Shown here: piece after piece, positions 19,894 to 28,987 of the stretch
Numbering within the stretch: position 1 is the first letter of the stretch
How the letters are laid out: every line of letters starts with the position of its first letter
From: an uncultured Clostridia bacterium
GTDB lineage: Bacteria > Bacillota > Clostridia > TANB77 > CAG-508
NCBI GenBank assembly: GCA_963559065.1
Contig: CAUWIY010000008.1
Span: 17,012-81,011 of the forward strand
Reading direction: 5' to 3'
Length of the DNA stretch: 64,000 bases
Translations under genes and position numbers: made by a program
Notes under the pieces: generated by a model
Database searches by the model: none
What the model was told of the DNA's origin: nothing
Seen by the model: the letters and a program-made list of their open reading frames with translations, nothing else

Positions 19894-22218
19894 ATGAAAA
19901 TAATTGATAATTTTTTAAAGAAATTAGGTACTAATAGAAATACTTTTATAACATATGTTTTAACTTTAATAACTATCTATTTAGTTGTTGATAGAGTTGT
20001 TGAATTTTTATTAATGTTATTTACAGGAGTTTCTTATTCTTATTGGGGGCCAATACAATATACATTTGCACTTGCTTGTCCTCTTTTTGCTTTTGTATTT
20101 TCTTTTGCTTCACAATTTGTGCCAACAAAAAAACATAAAGTTATTTTATTTTACTTTTATATGATTAATTTTGCAGTATTAGTTATTTCTATGTTTACTC
20201 AATGGCTAAATATGGGTGCATGGTTATTGCTAGTATCTAATCCTGGATATGTTGATATTATTACTAATTTTTCAGATTTAGTAAGACCTGCTCTTACATC
20301 TATTACTATATTAATCCCAGTATTAATTATTCCAAAAGTATTTAGTTTCTTATATTTTGAAATTAATGATAGTTTGGATATGACTCGTTCTATTTGGGAT
20401 TATGGAGGAATTGATTTATCTGACAAATCTAGTGGACATGGACCTTATACTTGCGAAGTTTTTTTATGTCAGAATAGTGAAACATCTCAAATGATTACTA
20501 TTCCTGAAAGTTCAAGATATCAATCAATGTTTGTGTGTGGTGGTTCAGGTTCAGGAAAATCTTCTTTAGTTTTTGAACCATTAATCGCTAGAGATTTAGA
20601 AAGAAAATTCTTTTTTAGAGAAGTTTCAAAAGAAATGGGATTTACTGCATTAAAGACTGGAATAGCTACATTAAAAGGCCCTTATGATAACGAATATTTA
20701 AATACTAATTTTAATTTAAATATGCTTGTTCCTACTTCTGGAAATGAAGATGTTTACAAAGCATATATGAAAAAAATGATTTTAGATTCTACTTCTGAAA
20801 TTACTTATCGTAATTGTGGTGTTACAGTAGTATCTCCTGATAAAGAGATTTTAACTGATATGATGAGTGTTTGTAAAAACTTTGGTTTATCTTATAACAT
20901 AATAGACCCTGCTGATAAAAATTCTATTGGATTAAACCCTTTTGTATATGATGATGCAAATAAAATTGCAATCACTATATCTTCTGTTTTAAAATCTATG
21001 TTTAATATTTCTAAATCAGAAACTGATGAAGTTTATAGAGAAGACATTATTACTCAAGCAATTGAAAACCTATCTCTACTATTAAAAGAAATGTATCCTA
21101 GAATGAATGATGGTGTATTACCTAATTTATCTGATATGTTAAAAATGCTTACTAATTTTGACTTAGTAGAAAAAATGGCAGAAATTTTATCACATGATGA
21201 AGAATTAAGAGAAAAATATAGTGTACAATTAGCATATTTCAAGAGTCATTTTTATAAGAATGGTTCTAATAGGTCAATAACGGAAAAATATATATACACT
21301 GCAATTTCACAACTTGATAATCTTCTTCGTTTACCTGGTGTAAAATCTATTTTGTGTAATAGATATAATAATATAGATTTTGATAAAATGCTTGCAAATG
21401 GTGATATAACTTTTGTTTGTACTAGACGTGGTGATTTAGGTGCAACAAGTAATAAAGCATTTGGTTTATTCTTCTTAATATCTATGCAAAATGCTGTTTT
21501 AAGAAGACCTGGAACAGAAAAGTCAAGAATTCCTAACTTTTTATATATTGATGAATTTCCTGATTTTATATGTAAAGCTACTGAGCCAATATTTACTATG
21601 TATCGTAAATATAAAATAGGTACTACAATATCAGCTCAAAACCTTGCTCAATTAGATACAGATGGTGGAAAAGAAAATTATAAACAAACAATATTAGCAA
21701 ACTGTGCAAGTAAAATATTTACAGGTAATGCTACTATAGAAGAATTGCAATGGTGGTCAGAAGAATTTGGTAAAAAGAGAGAATGGACAATGGCTAATAG
21801 TATTGACTTTAACAAAATGGAATATGAAGCAAAACATGGTAATGTAAAATGGGAATTTGTTTATTGGTTTAAACCTGGAAAACTACAAACTCTTGGTACT
21901 AAAGATTGTGCATATAAAATTAGAGGAGAAAATGGAAAACCAGATATAGGTCAAGGTAAATTAAATTATCTTGAGTCTAAGTATAAAGAACCAAAAAAAT
22001 TAAAAACTTTTGATTTTGGAAGATATTCAGATGGTGTAACAACATATACAGAAGATGATACAGATTCTAGTGCAAAAAAGAAATTTGACCTTAAACATTT
22101 AGATTTTATAGATGAAAGAAATGAATATAATCCTGTTCAAACAGATACAACAGATTCTAATTATTTATTTGATAATGAAAATGCTATTGTTGTAGATTTA
22201 AAGAAAAAAAGAAAATAA
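19894..22218 (+). CDS. VirD4/TraG-TraD-like type IV coupling protein (DNA-transfer ATPase)
   Basis: N-terminal TM helices, Walker A GGSGSGKS, IIDP...LNPF, Walker B FLYIDEF, RKY...SAQNLAQL, ILANC. Confidence 0.8.
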   Translation: MKIIDNFLKKLGTNRNTFITYVLTLITIYLVVDRVVEFLLMLFTGVSYSYWGPIQYTFALACPLFAFVFSFASQFVPTKKHKVILFYFYMINFAVLVISMFTQWLNMGAWLLLVSNPGYVDIITNFSDLVRPALTSITILIPVLIIPKVFSFLYFEINDSLDMTRSIWDYGGIDLSDKSSGHGPYTCEVFLCQNSETSQMITIPESSRYQSMFVCGGSGSGKSSLVFEPLIARDLERKFFFREVSKEMGFTALKTGIATLKGPYDNEYLNTNFNLNMLVPTSGNEDVYKAYMKKMILDSTSEITYRNCGVTVVSPDKEILTDMMSVCKNFGLSYNIIDPADKNSIGLNPFVYDDANKIAITISSVLKSMFNISKSETDEVYREDIITQAIENLSLLLKEMYPRMNDGVLPNLSDMLKMLTNFDLVEKMAEILSHDEELREKYSVQLAYFKSHFYKNGSNRSITEKYIYTAISQLDNLLRLPGVKSILCNRYNNIDFDKMLANGDITFVCTRRGDLGATSNKAFGLFFLISMQNAVLRRPGTEKSRIPNFLYIDEFPDFICKATEPIFTMYRKYKIGTTISAQNLAQLDTDGGKENYKQTILANCASKIFTGNATIEELQWWSEEFGKKREWTMANSIDFNKMEYEAKHGNVKWEFVYWFKPGKLQTLGTKDCAYKIRGENGKPDIGQGKLNYLESKYKEPKKLKTFDFGRYSDGVTTYTEDDTDSSAKKKFDLKHLDFIDERNEYNPVQTDTTDSNYLFDNENAIVVDLKKKRK

Positions 22219-22264
22219 AAAAATACAGCTAAGCTTATATATTTAAGTTTAGCTGTATTTTTTA
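22216..22264. terminator. Bidirectional terminator
   Basis: AAAAAAATACAGCTAAGCTTA...TAAGTTTAGCTGTATTTTTT. Confidence 0.8.
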
Positions 22265-22272
22265 TATCGTAT

Positions 22273-23139
22273 TTATATGCTTATATTTATTGCTTGTAAA
22301 ATAATTCCTGATATTGTTCCTATCAAATATAACAATCCTACTATTTTTACATTTTCTTTCCAGTTTTTATTTGTTTTGAATAATATAGCAAGTCCTACTC
22401 CTGCTCCCGTTAATAATCCTGCTATCATACTTCCTACTGAAATTACATTTTCTAAATATAAATTTGTTAAAATAACAGATGCTGCACAATTTGGAATTAG
22501 ACCTATTAAAGCAGCAATTGCTGGTCCAATTATTGATTTGTTTAAAATCCAACTTGCTATTGTTTCTTCTCCTACAAAATGTACAATAGTATTAATTAAA
22601 AATGAAATAATTATTATAAATAAAAATATGCTTAGAGTATGTTTTATTGATGATTTTAAAATTCCATTTTCATGGCAATGACAATGTTCTTCTTCACATA
22701 CATGTTCTATTTCTATTTTTTCTATATCTTCTTTTTTATTTTTTCTAAATAAATGTATAACAAAATCAATTATAAATCCTGCTATCATTCCAATTATTAA
22801 TTTAATTCCTAATATTTTAAAAATAATAATTGGTGATACACCTTCTGATATAAAAATTGGTAACATTTCATCAGATGTTGATAGATAAACTGCAATTAAT
22901 GTCCCTAGTGTTATAACTCGTCCAGCATATAAATTTGTTGCTGAAACAGAAAATCCACATTGTGGAAATATTCCTAACAAACTTCCAAATAGTGGTCCCC
23001 ATTTTCCAGATTTTTGTATGGCTTTCTTTGATTTTTCTCCCATTTTATGTTCTATATATTCCATAATTAAGTATGTAATAAATAAAAATGGTAGTAGTTT
23101 TATGCTATCAATTAATGTTTCTTGTATAATTTCTATCAT
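22273..23139 (-). CDS. Putative metal (Mn/As) permease, DUF2899/ArsP_2-like
   Basis: PQCGFS, STSDE, His/Cys loop HVCEEEHCHCH, GLIPNCAASV. Confidence 0.75.
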   Translation of the reverse strand: MIEIIQETLIDSIKLLPFLFITYLIMEYIEHKMGEKSKKAIQKSGKWGPLFGSLLGIFPQCGFSVSATNLYAGRVITLGTLIAVYLSTSDEMLPIFISEGVSPIIIFKILGIKLIIGMIAGFIIDFVIHLFRKNKKEDIEKIEIEHVCEEEHCHCHENGILKSSIKHTLSIFLFIIIISFLINTIVHFVGEETIASWILNKSIIGPAIAALIGLIPNCAASVILTNLYLENVISVGSMIAGLLTGAGVGLAILFKTNKNWKENVKIVGLLYLIGTISGIILQAINISI

Positions 23140-23380
23140 ATTTGTTCTCCTTTACTTTTCTAGTTTAGCACAAATTATGCAAAGTTTCAAGTTTTTAATA
23201 ATCTAATATTAATTTATATATTTTTTACTTATTATTATTTTATTCATAAGTAAATTTGTGTGAAATGCCTTCTGTTATAAGACAATCTTTAATTTTTCCT
23301 ATTCAATAAAAAAATTGGTATCTCCTTATTAAGGGTATCCACCAATTTTTTATATATAAATTGCTGACAATATTTTAAAT

Positions 23381-23962
23381 TTATCTCCTTCTATAACACC
23401 CACAAAAATTTCCTGTTCTACCATTTGAATTATTATTTGGAAATACATTTGCTCTAACTGCTATAGAATTGTTTGATGTATTGCAATTGCAAGAACATGA
23501 ACAATCATCAGAATTATTTGTTCTACAACTTGAATTAATTGTTAATAATTCATTTTCGTTTCCATTGCAACCATTACTGCTTATAGTTAATAGATTTCCA
23601 TTATTGTTATTATTGCAATGTCCAGTTATTGATAGTAATTGTGCAGTATTATCATTATCATTTGAATTTCTGCAACAATTATTGTCATTTGAATTTCTAC
23701 AGCAATTATTGTCATCTTTTCTATCTATTTCTCTTAATATTCGGCAAACTATTTTAGTTAATATTGCAGTTATAAATGAAAGAATTGTATATGCTATTGT
23801 AGCTACTAAAAATATCAGTTCTCCTATTATAAAAGTTACTACTAAAAATATTGCAAATATTATGGATGCTACTAATACCGGACATTTAAGAATCTTTTGT
23901 AAGGCGATTGATATTATGATTACTGCTATTGGTAAAGCAAAAAATACTAGTAATAAAGTCAT
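23381..23962 (-). CDS. DUF2651-like membrane N-terminus fused to a Cys/Asn-rich tail; probable late sporulation protein
   Basis: Three TM helices, then DNNCCRNSN x2, CSCSCNC and FCGCYRRR; sigK-like promoter AC-16-CATAAAAT at 23993-24018. Confidence 0.7.
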   Translation of the reverse strand: MTLLLVFFALPIAVIIISIALQKILKCPVLVASIIFAIFLVVTFIIGELIFLVATIAYTILSFITAILTKIVCRILREIDRKDDNNCCRNSNDNNCCRNSNDNDNTAQLLSITGHCNNNNNGNLLTISSNGCNGNENELLTINSSCRTNNSDDCSCSCNCNTSNNSIAVRANVFPNNNSNGRTGNFCGCYRRR

Positions 23963-24051
23963 GTTTTTTCTCCTTTCACTTCTTTTTACTATATTTTATG
24001 CTTATTGTTACTTTTGGTTACTTTATGTTTTTTATTTTTCTTGTTATTTTA

Positions 24052-24807
24052 TTATTTATCTAATTCTGTGTTATATTTTACCTGAACTAAATATAATCCT
24101 TGTGGAGGCAATGTTTTTCCTGATTTTGCTCTGTCTTTTGATTCTATAATTTTTATAATTTCTTCTGGTTTTATTTTTCCAATTCCAACATCAACTAATG
24201 TACCTGCAATAATTCTCACCATATTATATAAAAAACCATTTCCTGTTAATTCTATATATATTCTATTGTTTGGCATTTGTATAATTTGAGCGTTATAAAT
24301 TGTTCTTATACTGCTCTTACTACTTGTTCCGCTTGCTTTAAATGCTTTAAAATCATGTTCTCCTTCAAATTGTTTTACTGCTTGTGTCATTTTTTCTATG
24401 TCTAATTTATATGGTATATGTGTTTCTAGGTTTCTATAAATCGCTGATGGTATTTCAGAATTATTTATAATGTATCTGTATGTCTTATTTTTACAATTTA
24501 GTCTACTATGAAATTTTTCGTCTACTTCTTCTGCTTTTAATATACGTATCGATTTTTTTAAGTTACAATTTAAAGCTATTGGTATTTTTTCTGTTGGTAT
24601 AGTACTGTTTGTTTTAAAATTAGCAACTTGTCCTAAAGCATGTACTCCTGCATCTGTTCTTCCTGAAGCTTGTAAATCTACTTCTTCCCCTGTTATTGTT
24701 TTAATTGCTTGTTCTATTGTTCCTTGTATATTTAATTTATTTGGTTGCTTCTGCCATCCATTAAAGTCTTTTCCATCATATTCTATTGTTAATTTTATAT
24801 TTCTCAT
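24052..24807 (-). CDS. truA: tRNA pseudouridine(38-40) synthase
   Basis: YDG..F.GWQ.Q, SGRTDAGVHA, GFLYNMVR. Confidence 0.96.
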   Translation of the reverse strand: MRNIKLTIEYDGKDFNGWQKQPNKLNIQGTIEQAIKTITGEEVDLQASGRTDAGVHALGQVANFKTNSTIPTEKIPIALNCNLKKSIRILKAEEVDEKFHSRLNCKNKTYRYIINNSEIPSAIYRNLETHIPYKLDIEKMTQAVKQFEGEHDFKAFKASGTSSKSSIRTIYNAQIIQMPNNRIYIELTGNGFLYNMVRIIAGTLVDVGIGKIKPEEIIKIIESKDRAKSGKTLPPQGLYLVQVKYNTELDK

Positions 24808-24963
24808 AGTATCTCCTTTTTTATATTATTAATGTTTTATTATTTCATAATATATAATAAGAATAGGATAATTGTTTTCCTATTCTTATACTTTGTTATA
24901 ATTTGTTATTTTCCATTTCATTGTTAATTTACTATTTTACCTATTTATTATTTTGTTGTTTTA

Positions 24964-25920
24964 CTATTTAGTTTTATCTACATTCTCATTTTGTTCTGCA
25001 TTTTTACTATTTTCTTTTTGTTTTTTCATTTTTTGTTTTATTTTATTTATTCTGCTTTCTTTTACTACTGTTTTTTCTGCAAATCTTTTTGTCACTACAT
25101 TACTAATTAATATTTTCTTTAATGTGTCTTCTCTAACATCTGCAATTAATGTTCCGTCTTTTGCTACTGAAATTTTTCCTGTTTCTTCTGACACGACTAT
25201 AACAATACTATCAGATTCTTTTGAAATTCCTATTGCAGCTCTATGCCTTGTTCCTAGTTCCCTTGCTATGTCTTTATCGTCTGCTAAAGGTAATACACAT
25301 GCAGCTGCTGCTATTTTATTATTACTAATTACAACTGCTCCATCATGTAGTGGTGTTTTTGGTGTAAAAATATTAACTAACAATTGTGGTGATACTTCTG
25401 AATTCATTGGAATTCCCGTTGCTATAATGTCTTGTATGTTTATGTCTCTTTCTAATACTATTAATGCTCCAGTTTTTGTTTTTGAAAGTTCTGTTGCTGC
25501 AATTACAACTTTGTAGATGTCTTCTTTTGTTTTTGATGCAATATCACTTTGAATTCCTAAAAATTTTGTTAATTTATTTGTTCCTAGTTGTTCTAATGCT
25601 CTCCTTAATTCTGGTTGGAAAATTACAATAATTGCAATTACTCCCCAGTTCATAATTCCTGTTAAAATAGAGTTTAATATGTGTAAATTTAGCATTCCAC
25701 TAATCCATGTGGCTATAATTAAAAATGCAATTCCTTTTATTAGTTGCCATGCTCTTGATCCTTTTACAATTCTTATAAAGCAATACATTAAAAATATAAC
25801 TATTGCTATGTCTAAAATTGTTGTAAAAAGATTGAATGGATTATCTCTTAGGTTGTTAATCATATTTAAAATGTTTTCATTGTAAAAAGCAGTCCAACTA
25901 TTTCCAATACTTTTCCCCAT
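24964..25920 (-). CDS. cdaA: Diadenylate cyclase CdaA
   Basis: Three TM helices, IFQPELRRAL, DAC motifs LHDGA and GTRHRA. Confidence 0.93.
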   Translation of the reverse strand: MGKSIGNSWTAFYNENILNMINNLRDNPFNLFTTILDIAIVIFLMYCFIRIVKGSRAWQLIKGIAFLIIATWISGMLNLHILNSILTGIMNWGVIAIIVIFQPELRRALEQLGTNKLTKFLGIQSDIASKTKEDIYKVVIAATELSKTKTGALIVLERDINIQDIIATGIPMNSEVSPQLLVNIFTPKTPLHDGAVVISNNKIAAAACVLPLADDKDIARELGTRHRAAIGISKESDSIVIVVSEETGKISVAKDGTLIADVREDTLKKILISNVVTKRFAEKTVVKESRINKIKQKMKKQKENSKNAEQNENVDKTK

Positions 25921-26009
25921 TTTACTACCTTTCCTTTTTATTTATCTTTTTTATTACTTTTTTAAATATTATAATTTCTTTGTAATTTTTTAATTTTAGT
26001 ATTATTCTA

Positions 26010-26156
26010 CTATATTAAAGCATAAATTAGTGTTCCTGCTACTGACATAAGCATCAATATGGCCAAGATTCCTGCCATTACTTTTACAAAAACTTGTCCT
26101 CTATCATAGTTTTTTTGTTCTTTATTTTTTATATTTTTTTCTTGTTTTCTTTTCAT
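26010..26156 (-). CDS. Small tail-anchored membrane protein (48 aa, DUF4044-like; missing from the ORF track)
   Basis: MKRKQEKNIKNKEQKNYDRGQVFVKVMAGILAILMLMSVAGTLIYALI*; GGAGG RBS; TTGAAT-18-TATAAT promoter with extended TG. Confidence 0.7.
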   Translation of the reverse strand: MKRKQEKNIKNKEQKNYDRGQVFVKVMAGILAILMLMSVAGTLIYALI

Positions 26157-26233
26157 TTTAGTTCCTCCATAACATTTCTATTTATATTATAGCACTTTTG
26201 TTTTCTTAAATTCAATATTTGTTATAATATTAA

Positions 26234-27535
26234 CTATATTTTTTCTAAAATTGTTTGGATTTTATCACAATACTTGTCTGATATTTTTATAATTTCTAAT
26301 ACTTGTTTTTTTGCTTCTTTTAATTTTTCTATGTCATTAGAATATATTTTGCCTAATGATTCTCCCTTTTTTACTTTTGTTCCTATTTTTTTATTTAGTA
26401 TAATTCCTACAGAATAGTCTATATTATCTTCCTTTTTTATTCTTCCTGCTCCCAAACCGCATGCTACTTTTCCTATTTCTTCTGCATTAATTTCTTGTAT
26501 ATATCCATCTTGATTTGCAAATATTTCTTCTATTAAATTTGCTTTTTCAAATTTGTTTGTATCTTCTAAATATGATATATCTCCTCCTTGATTTTGTACC
26601 ATTTCTTTTAATTTATTAAATGCTTTTCCATTTTGTATATTTTCTAGCATTCTTTTTTTATTTTCTTCTAAGTTTTCTCCCAATCCCGCTAGTTTTATCA
26701 TATAAGCACCTAATTCTAGTACTACTTCTTTTAAGTCTTGTGGCATTTCTCCTTTTAGAAATTGTATAGCTTCTTTGACTTCTAAGTTGTTTCCTATAGC
26801 ATTTCCTAATGGCTCTTCCATACTTGTTAATACACAAACAACTTCTCTATTAGCAAGTTTTCCTATTTCTATCATTTCATTAGCTAATTGTTCTGCATTT
26901 TCAATGTTTTTCATGAATGCACCTTTTCCAACTGTAACATCTAAAACTATTTTGTCTGCTCCACTTGCTATTTTTTTACTCATTATGCTAGAAGCTATTA
27001 ATGGTATGCTTTCTACACAAGAGATACTGTCTCTTAGTGCATATAATTTTTTATCTGCTGGTGCTAAATTTAATGTCTGTGAAATCATACTTATTCCTAT
27101 GTTTTCCACATTTTCTATAAATTTGTTGATAGATATATTTGTTTTATATCCTGGAATAGATTCTAGTTTATCTACAGTTCCTCCTGTAAATCCCAATCCT
27201 CTTCCAGACATTTTAGCAACTGGAACTCCTAAAGATGCTACTAATGGTAACAAGCAAATTGATACTTTGTCTCCTACTCCTCCAGTTGAATGTTTATCTA
27301 CTATTATTTTATTAATTTTAGATAAGTCTAGTATTTCTCCTGAATTTGCCATAGCAATTGTTAGATTTGTTGTTTCTTGTTTTGTCATACCATTTAAAAA
27401 AATTGCCATTACTAATGCAGCTGCTTGATAATCAGCAATTTTTCCTTCTACATATCCTTTTATAAAATATTCTAATTCTTCTTTTGTTAATTCTACTTTT
27501 TCTCTTTTCTTTTCTATTATTTCTAATATATTCAT
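26234..27535 (-). CDS. pdp: Pyrimidine-nucleoside/thymidine phosphorylase
   Basis: DKHSTGGVGDK, KMSGRGLG.TGGT.DKLESIPG, SIMSKKIA. Confidence 0.95.
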   Translation of the reverse strand: MNILEIIEKKREKVELTKEELEYFIKGYVEGKIADYQAAALVMAIFLNGMTKQETTNLTIAMANSGEILDLSKINKIIVDKHSTGGVGDKVSICLLPLVASLGVPVAKMSGRGLGFTGGTVDKLESIPGYKTNISINKFIENVENIGISMISQTLNLAPADKKLYALRDSISCVESIPLIASSIMSKKIASGADKIVLDVTVGKGAFMKNIENAEQLANEMIEIGKLANREVVCVLTSMEEPLGNAIGNNLEVKEAIQFLKGEMPQDLKEVVLELGAYMIKLAGLGENLEENKKRMLENIQNGKAFNKLKEMVQNQGGDISYLEDTNKFEKANLIEEIFANQDGYIQEINAEEIGKVACGLGAGRIKKEDNIDYSVGIILNKKIGTKVKKGESLGKIYSNDIEKLKEAKKQVLEIIKISDKYCDKIQTILEKI

Positions 27536-27558
27536 TTTATTTTACCTTTTCTTTGATT

Positions 27559-28185
27559 TTATATAAAATGCCCTGTAAAGCTTCTTCTATGAATTGGGCA
27601 TAATCCATATTCTTTTATTGCTTCAATATGTTTTGCTGTTCCATATCCTTTATGTCCTGCAAATCCATATTGTGGATAGACACTATCCCATTCTCTCATA
27701 ATTCTGTCTCTTGTTACTTTTGCTATGATTGAGGCTGCTGCAATAGAATAGCATTTAGCATCTCCTTTTATTATTGATTCATATGGTACACCATCTGTAT
27801 CAATATGTTGTAGTGCATCTATTATAACTAAATCTGGTCTTACGTCTAACCCTTTTATTACACTTGTTACTCCTCTTTTGGTTGCATTTAAAATATTTAT
27901 TTCATCTATTACATCTTGTCCTATAATTGCAACCGAGTAGCTTATTGCTTCTTCTAATATTTTGTCATATAGTACTTCTCTTTTCTTTTCTGATACTTTT
28001 TTTGAATCATTTACTCCTTCTATTTCAGAATCTTCTGGCATTATAACTCCTGCAACAACTACTGGCCCAGCTAGTGGGCCTCTTCCTGCTTCATCTATTC
28101 CTACTATGTTTTTAAATTGTCTTTTGTGTAGTTCTTTCTCTATTTGTTTTAAATTTGTTAGTCTTTCTATTTCTTTTTCTTTCAT
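27559..28185 (-). CDS. rnhB: Ribonuclease HII
   Basis: GIDEAGRGPLAGPV, DSKK, IAAASIIAKVTRD, HKGYGT. Confidence 0.96.
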   Translation of the reverse strand: MKEKEIERLTNLKQIEKELHKRQFKNIVGIDEAGRGPLAGPVVVAGVIMPEDSEIEGVNDSKKVSEKKREVLYDKILEEAISYSVAIIGQDVIDEINILNATKRGVTSVIKGLDVRPDLVIIDALQHIDTDGVPYESIIKGDAKCYSIAAASIIAKVTRDRIMREWDSVYPQYGFAGHKGYGTAKHIEAIKEYGLCPIHRRSFTGHFI

Positions 28186-28268
28186 TTTATTTATTTTAAT
28201 ATTTTCCTTTTTATATTTAGGTTTTTATATAAGTTATTCCCTATAAACTTTGTATTTATCTACTTTTA

Positions 28269-28808
28269 TTATAAGTTTTCAATTTCGCTTAGTGAATAAT
28301 ATATTTTATCGTCTTTTTCAAATCCTTTTAGATTATATATTTCTGCTTTGTCGCTTTTAATATCATATTTTATGACATACCAACCACTTTTTTCATCTGA
28401 TTTTACTTCTTTTAGTCCCATTTTTTCTAAGTCTTCTTTTGTTAGTTTATAATAATATATATAATTTGCATTATCTTCTGCAATTTGTTCTGTTGTTATA
28501 TTTATGTTTCCATTAAATATACTTCCATCAATTATTTCTGTTCCTTTTAAATTTTCTTTTGCCTTACTAATTCTATTATTTTTTTCTTCTTGTGTTACTT
28601 TTTCAATATTTGTTCCTAAGCTAAAATTTGCATTTTCTAAATATTCTTTTGCTTTGGCTTCTATTAGTAGCATATTTGTTTTTAAATTTTCTAATTTTGA
28701 TATTTTTATTGCTTGGTTTCCTTGTCCAATTGATATTCCTGCAATTATTAAAAGTACAACTATTGTGATTACTAGCGAAATCATTGTTATTCCTTTATTT
28801 TTTTTCAA
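28269..28808 (-). CDS. Type IV pilin-like protein with class III signal peptide
   Basis: MKKNKG|ITMISLVITIVVLLIIAGISI prepilin leader (Ser rather than Glu at +5); TTG start. Confidence 0.75.
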   Translation of the reverse strand: MKKNKGITMISLVITIVVLLIIAGISIGQGNQAIKISKLENLKTNMLLIEAKAKEYLENANFSLGTNIEKVTQEEKNNRISKAKENLKGTEIIDGSIFNGNINITTEQIAEDNANYIYYYKLTKEDLEKMGLKEVKSDEKSGWYVIKYDIKSDKAEIYNLKGFEKDDKIYYSLSEIENL

Positions 28809-28887
28809 TATTTATCTCATTCCTCTCATTAATTCTTCTTTTATTATTATATCAATTTTAATTTTCTATTTCAAGCAGTATTAAATA

Positions 28888-28915
28888 ATTACATTTTTTT
28901 CACATAAAATTCACA
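28888..28915 (+). promoter_or_regulatory. 11-bp-period direct repeats (ATTACA/TTCACA/TTCACA) upstream of htrA; OmpR-family-type box
   Basis: Half-sites at 28888, 28899 and 28910; the same spacing recurs at 30262/30273. Confidence 0.55.
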
Positions 28916-28987
28916 ATTGTATTGTATTCTACTATATAAATAGGTTATTATATAATTATAAATTATATATTTGTAGGAGGTAATATA

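Noticed and set aside
19894..22218. Integrative conjugative element around the VirD4-like gene
   Set aside because: No integrase, relaxase, VirB4, att repeats or compositional shift; the neighbours are core genes.
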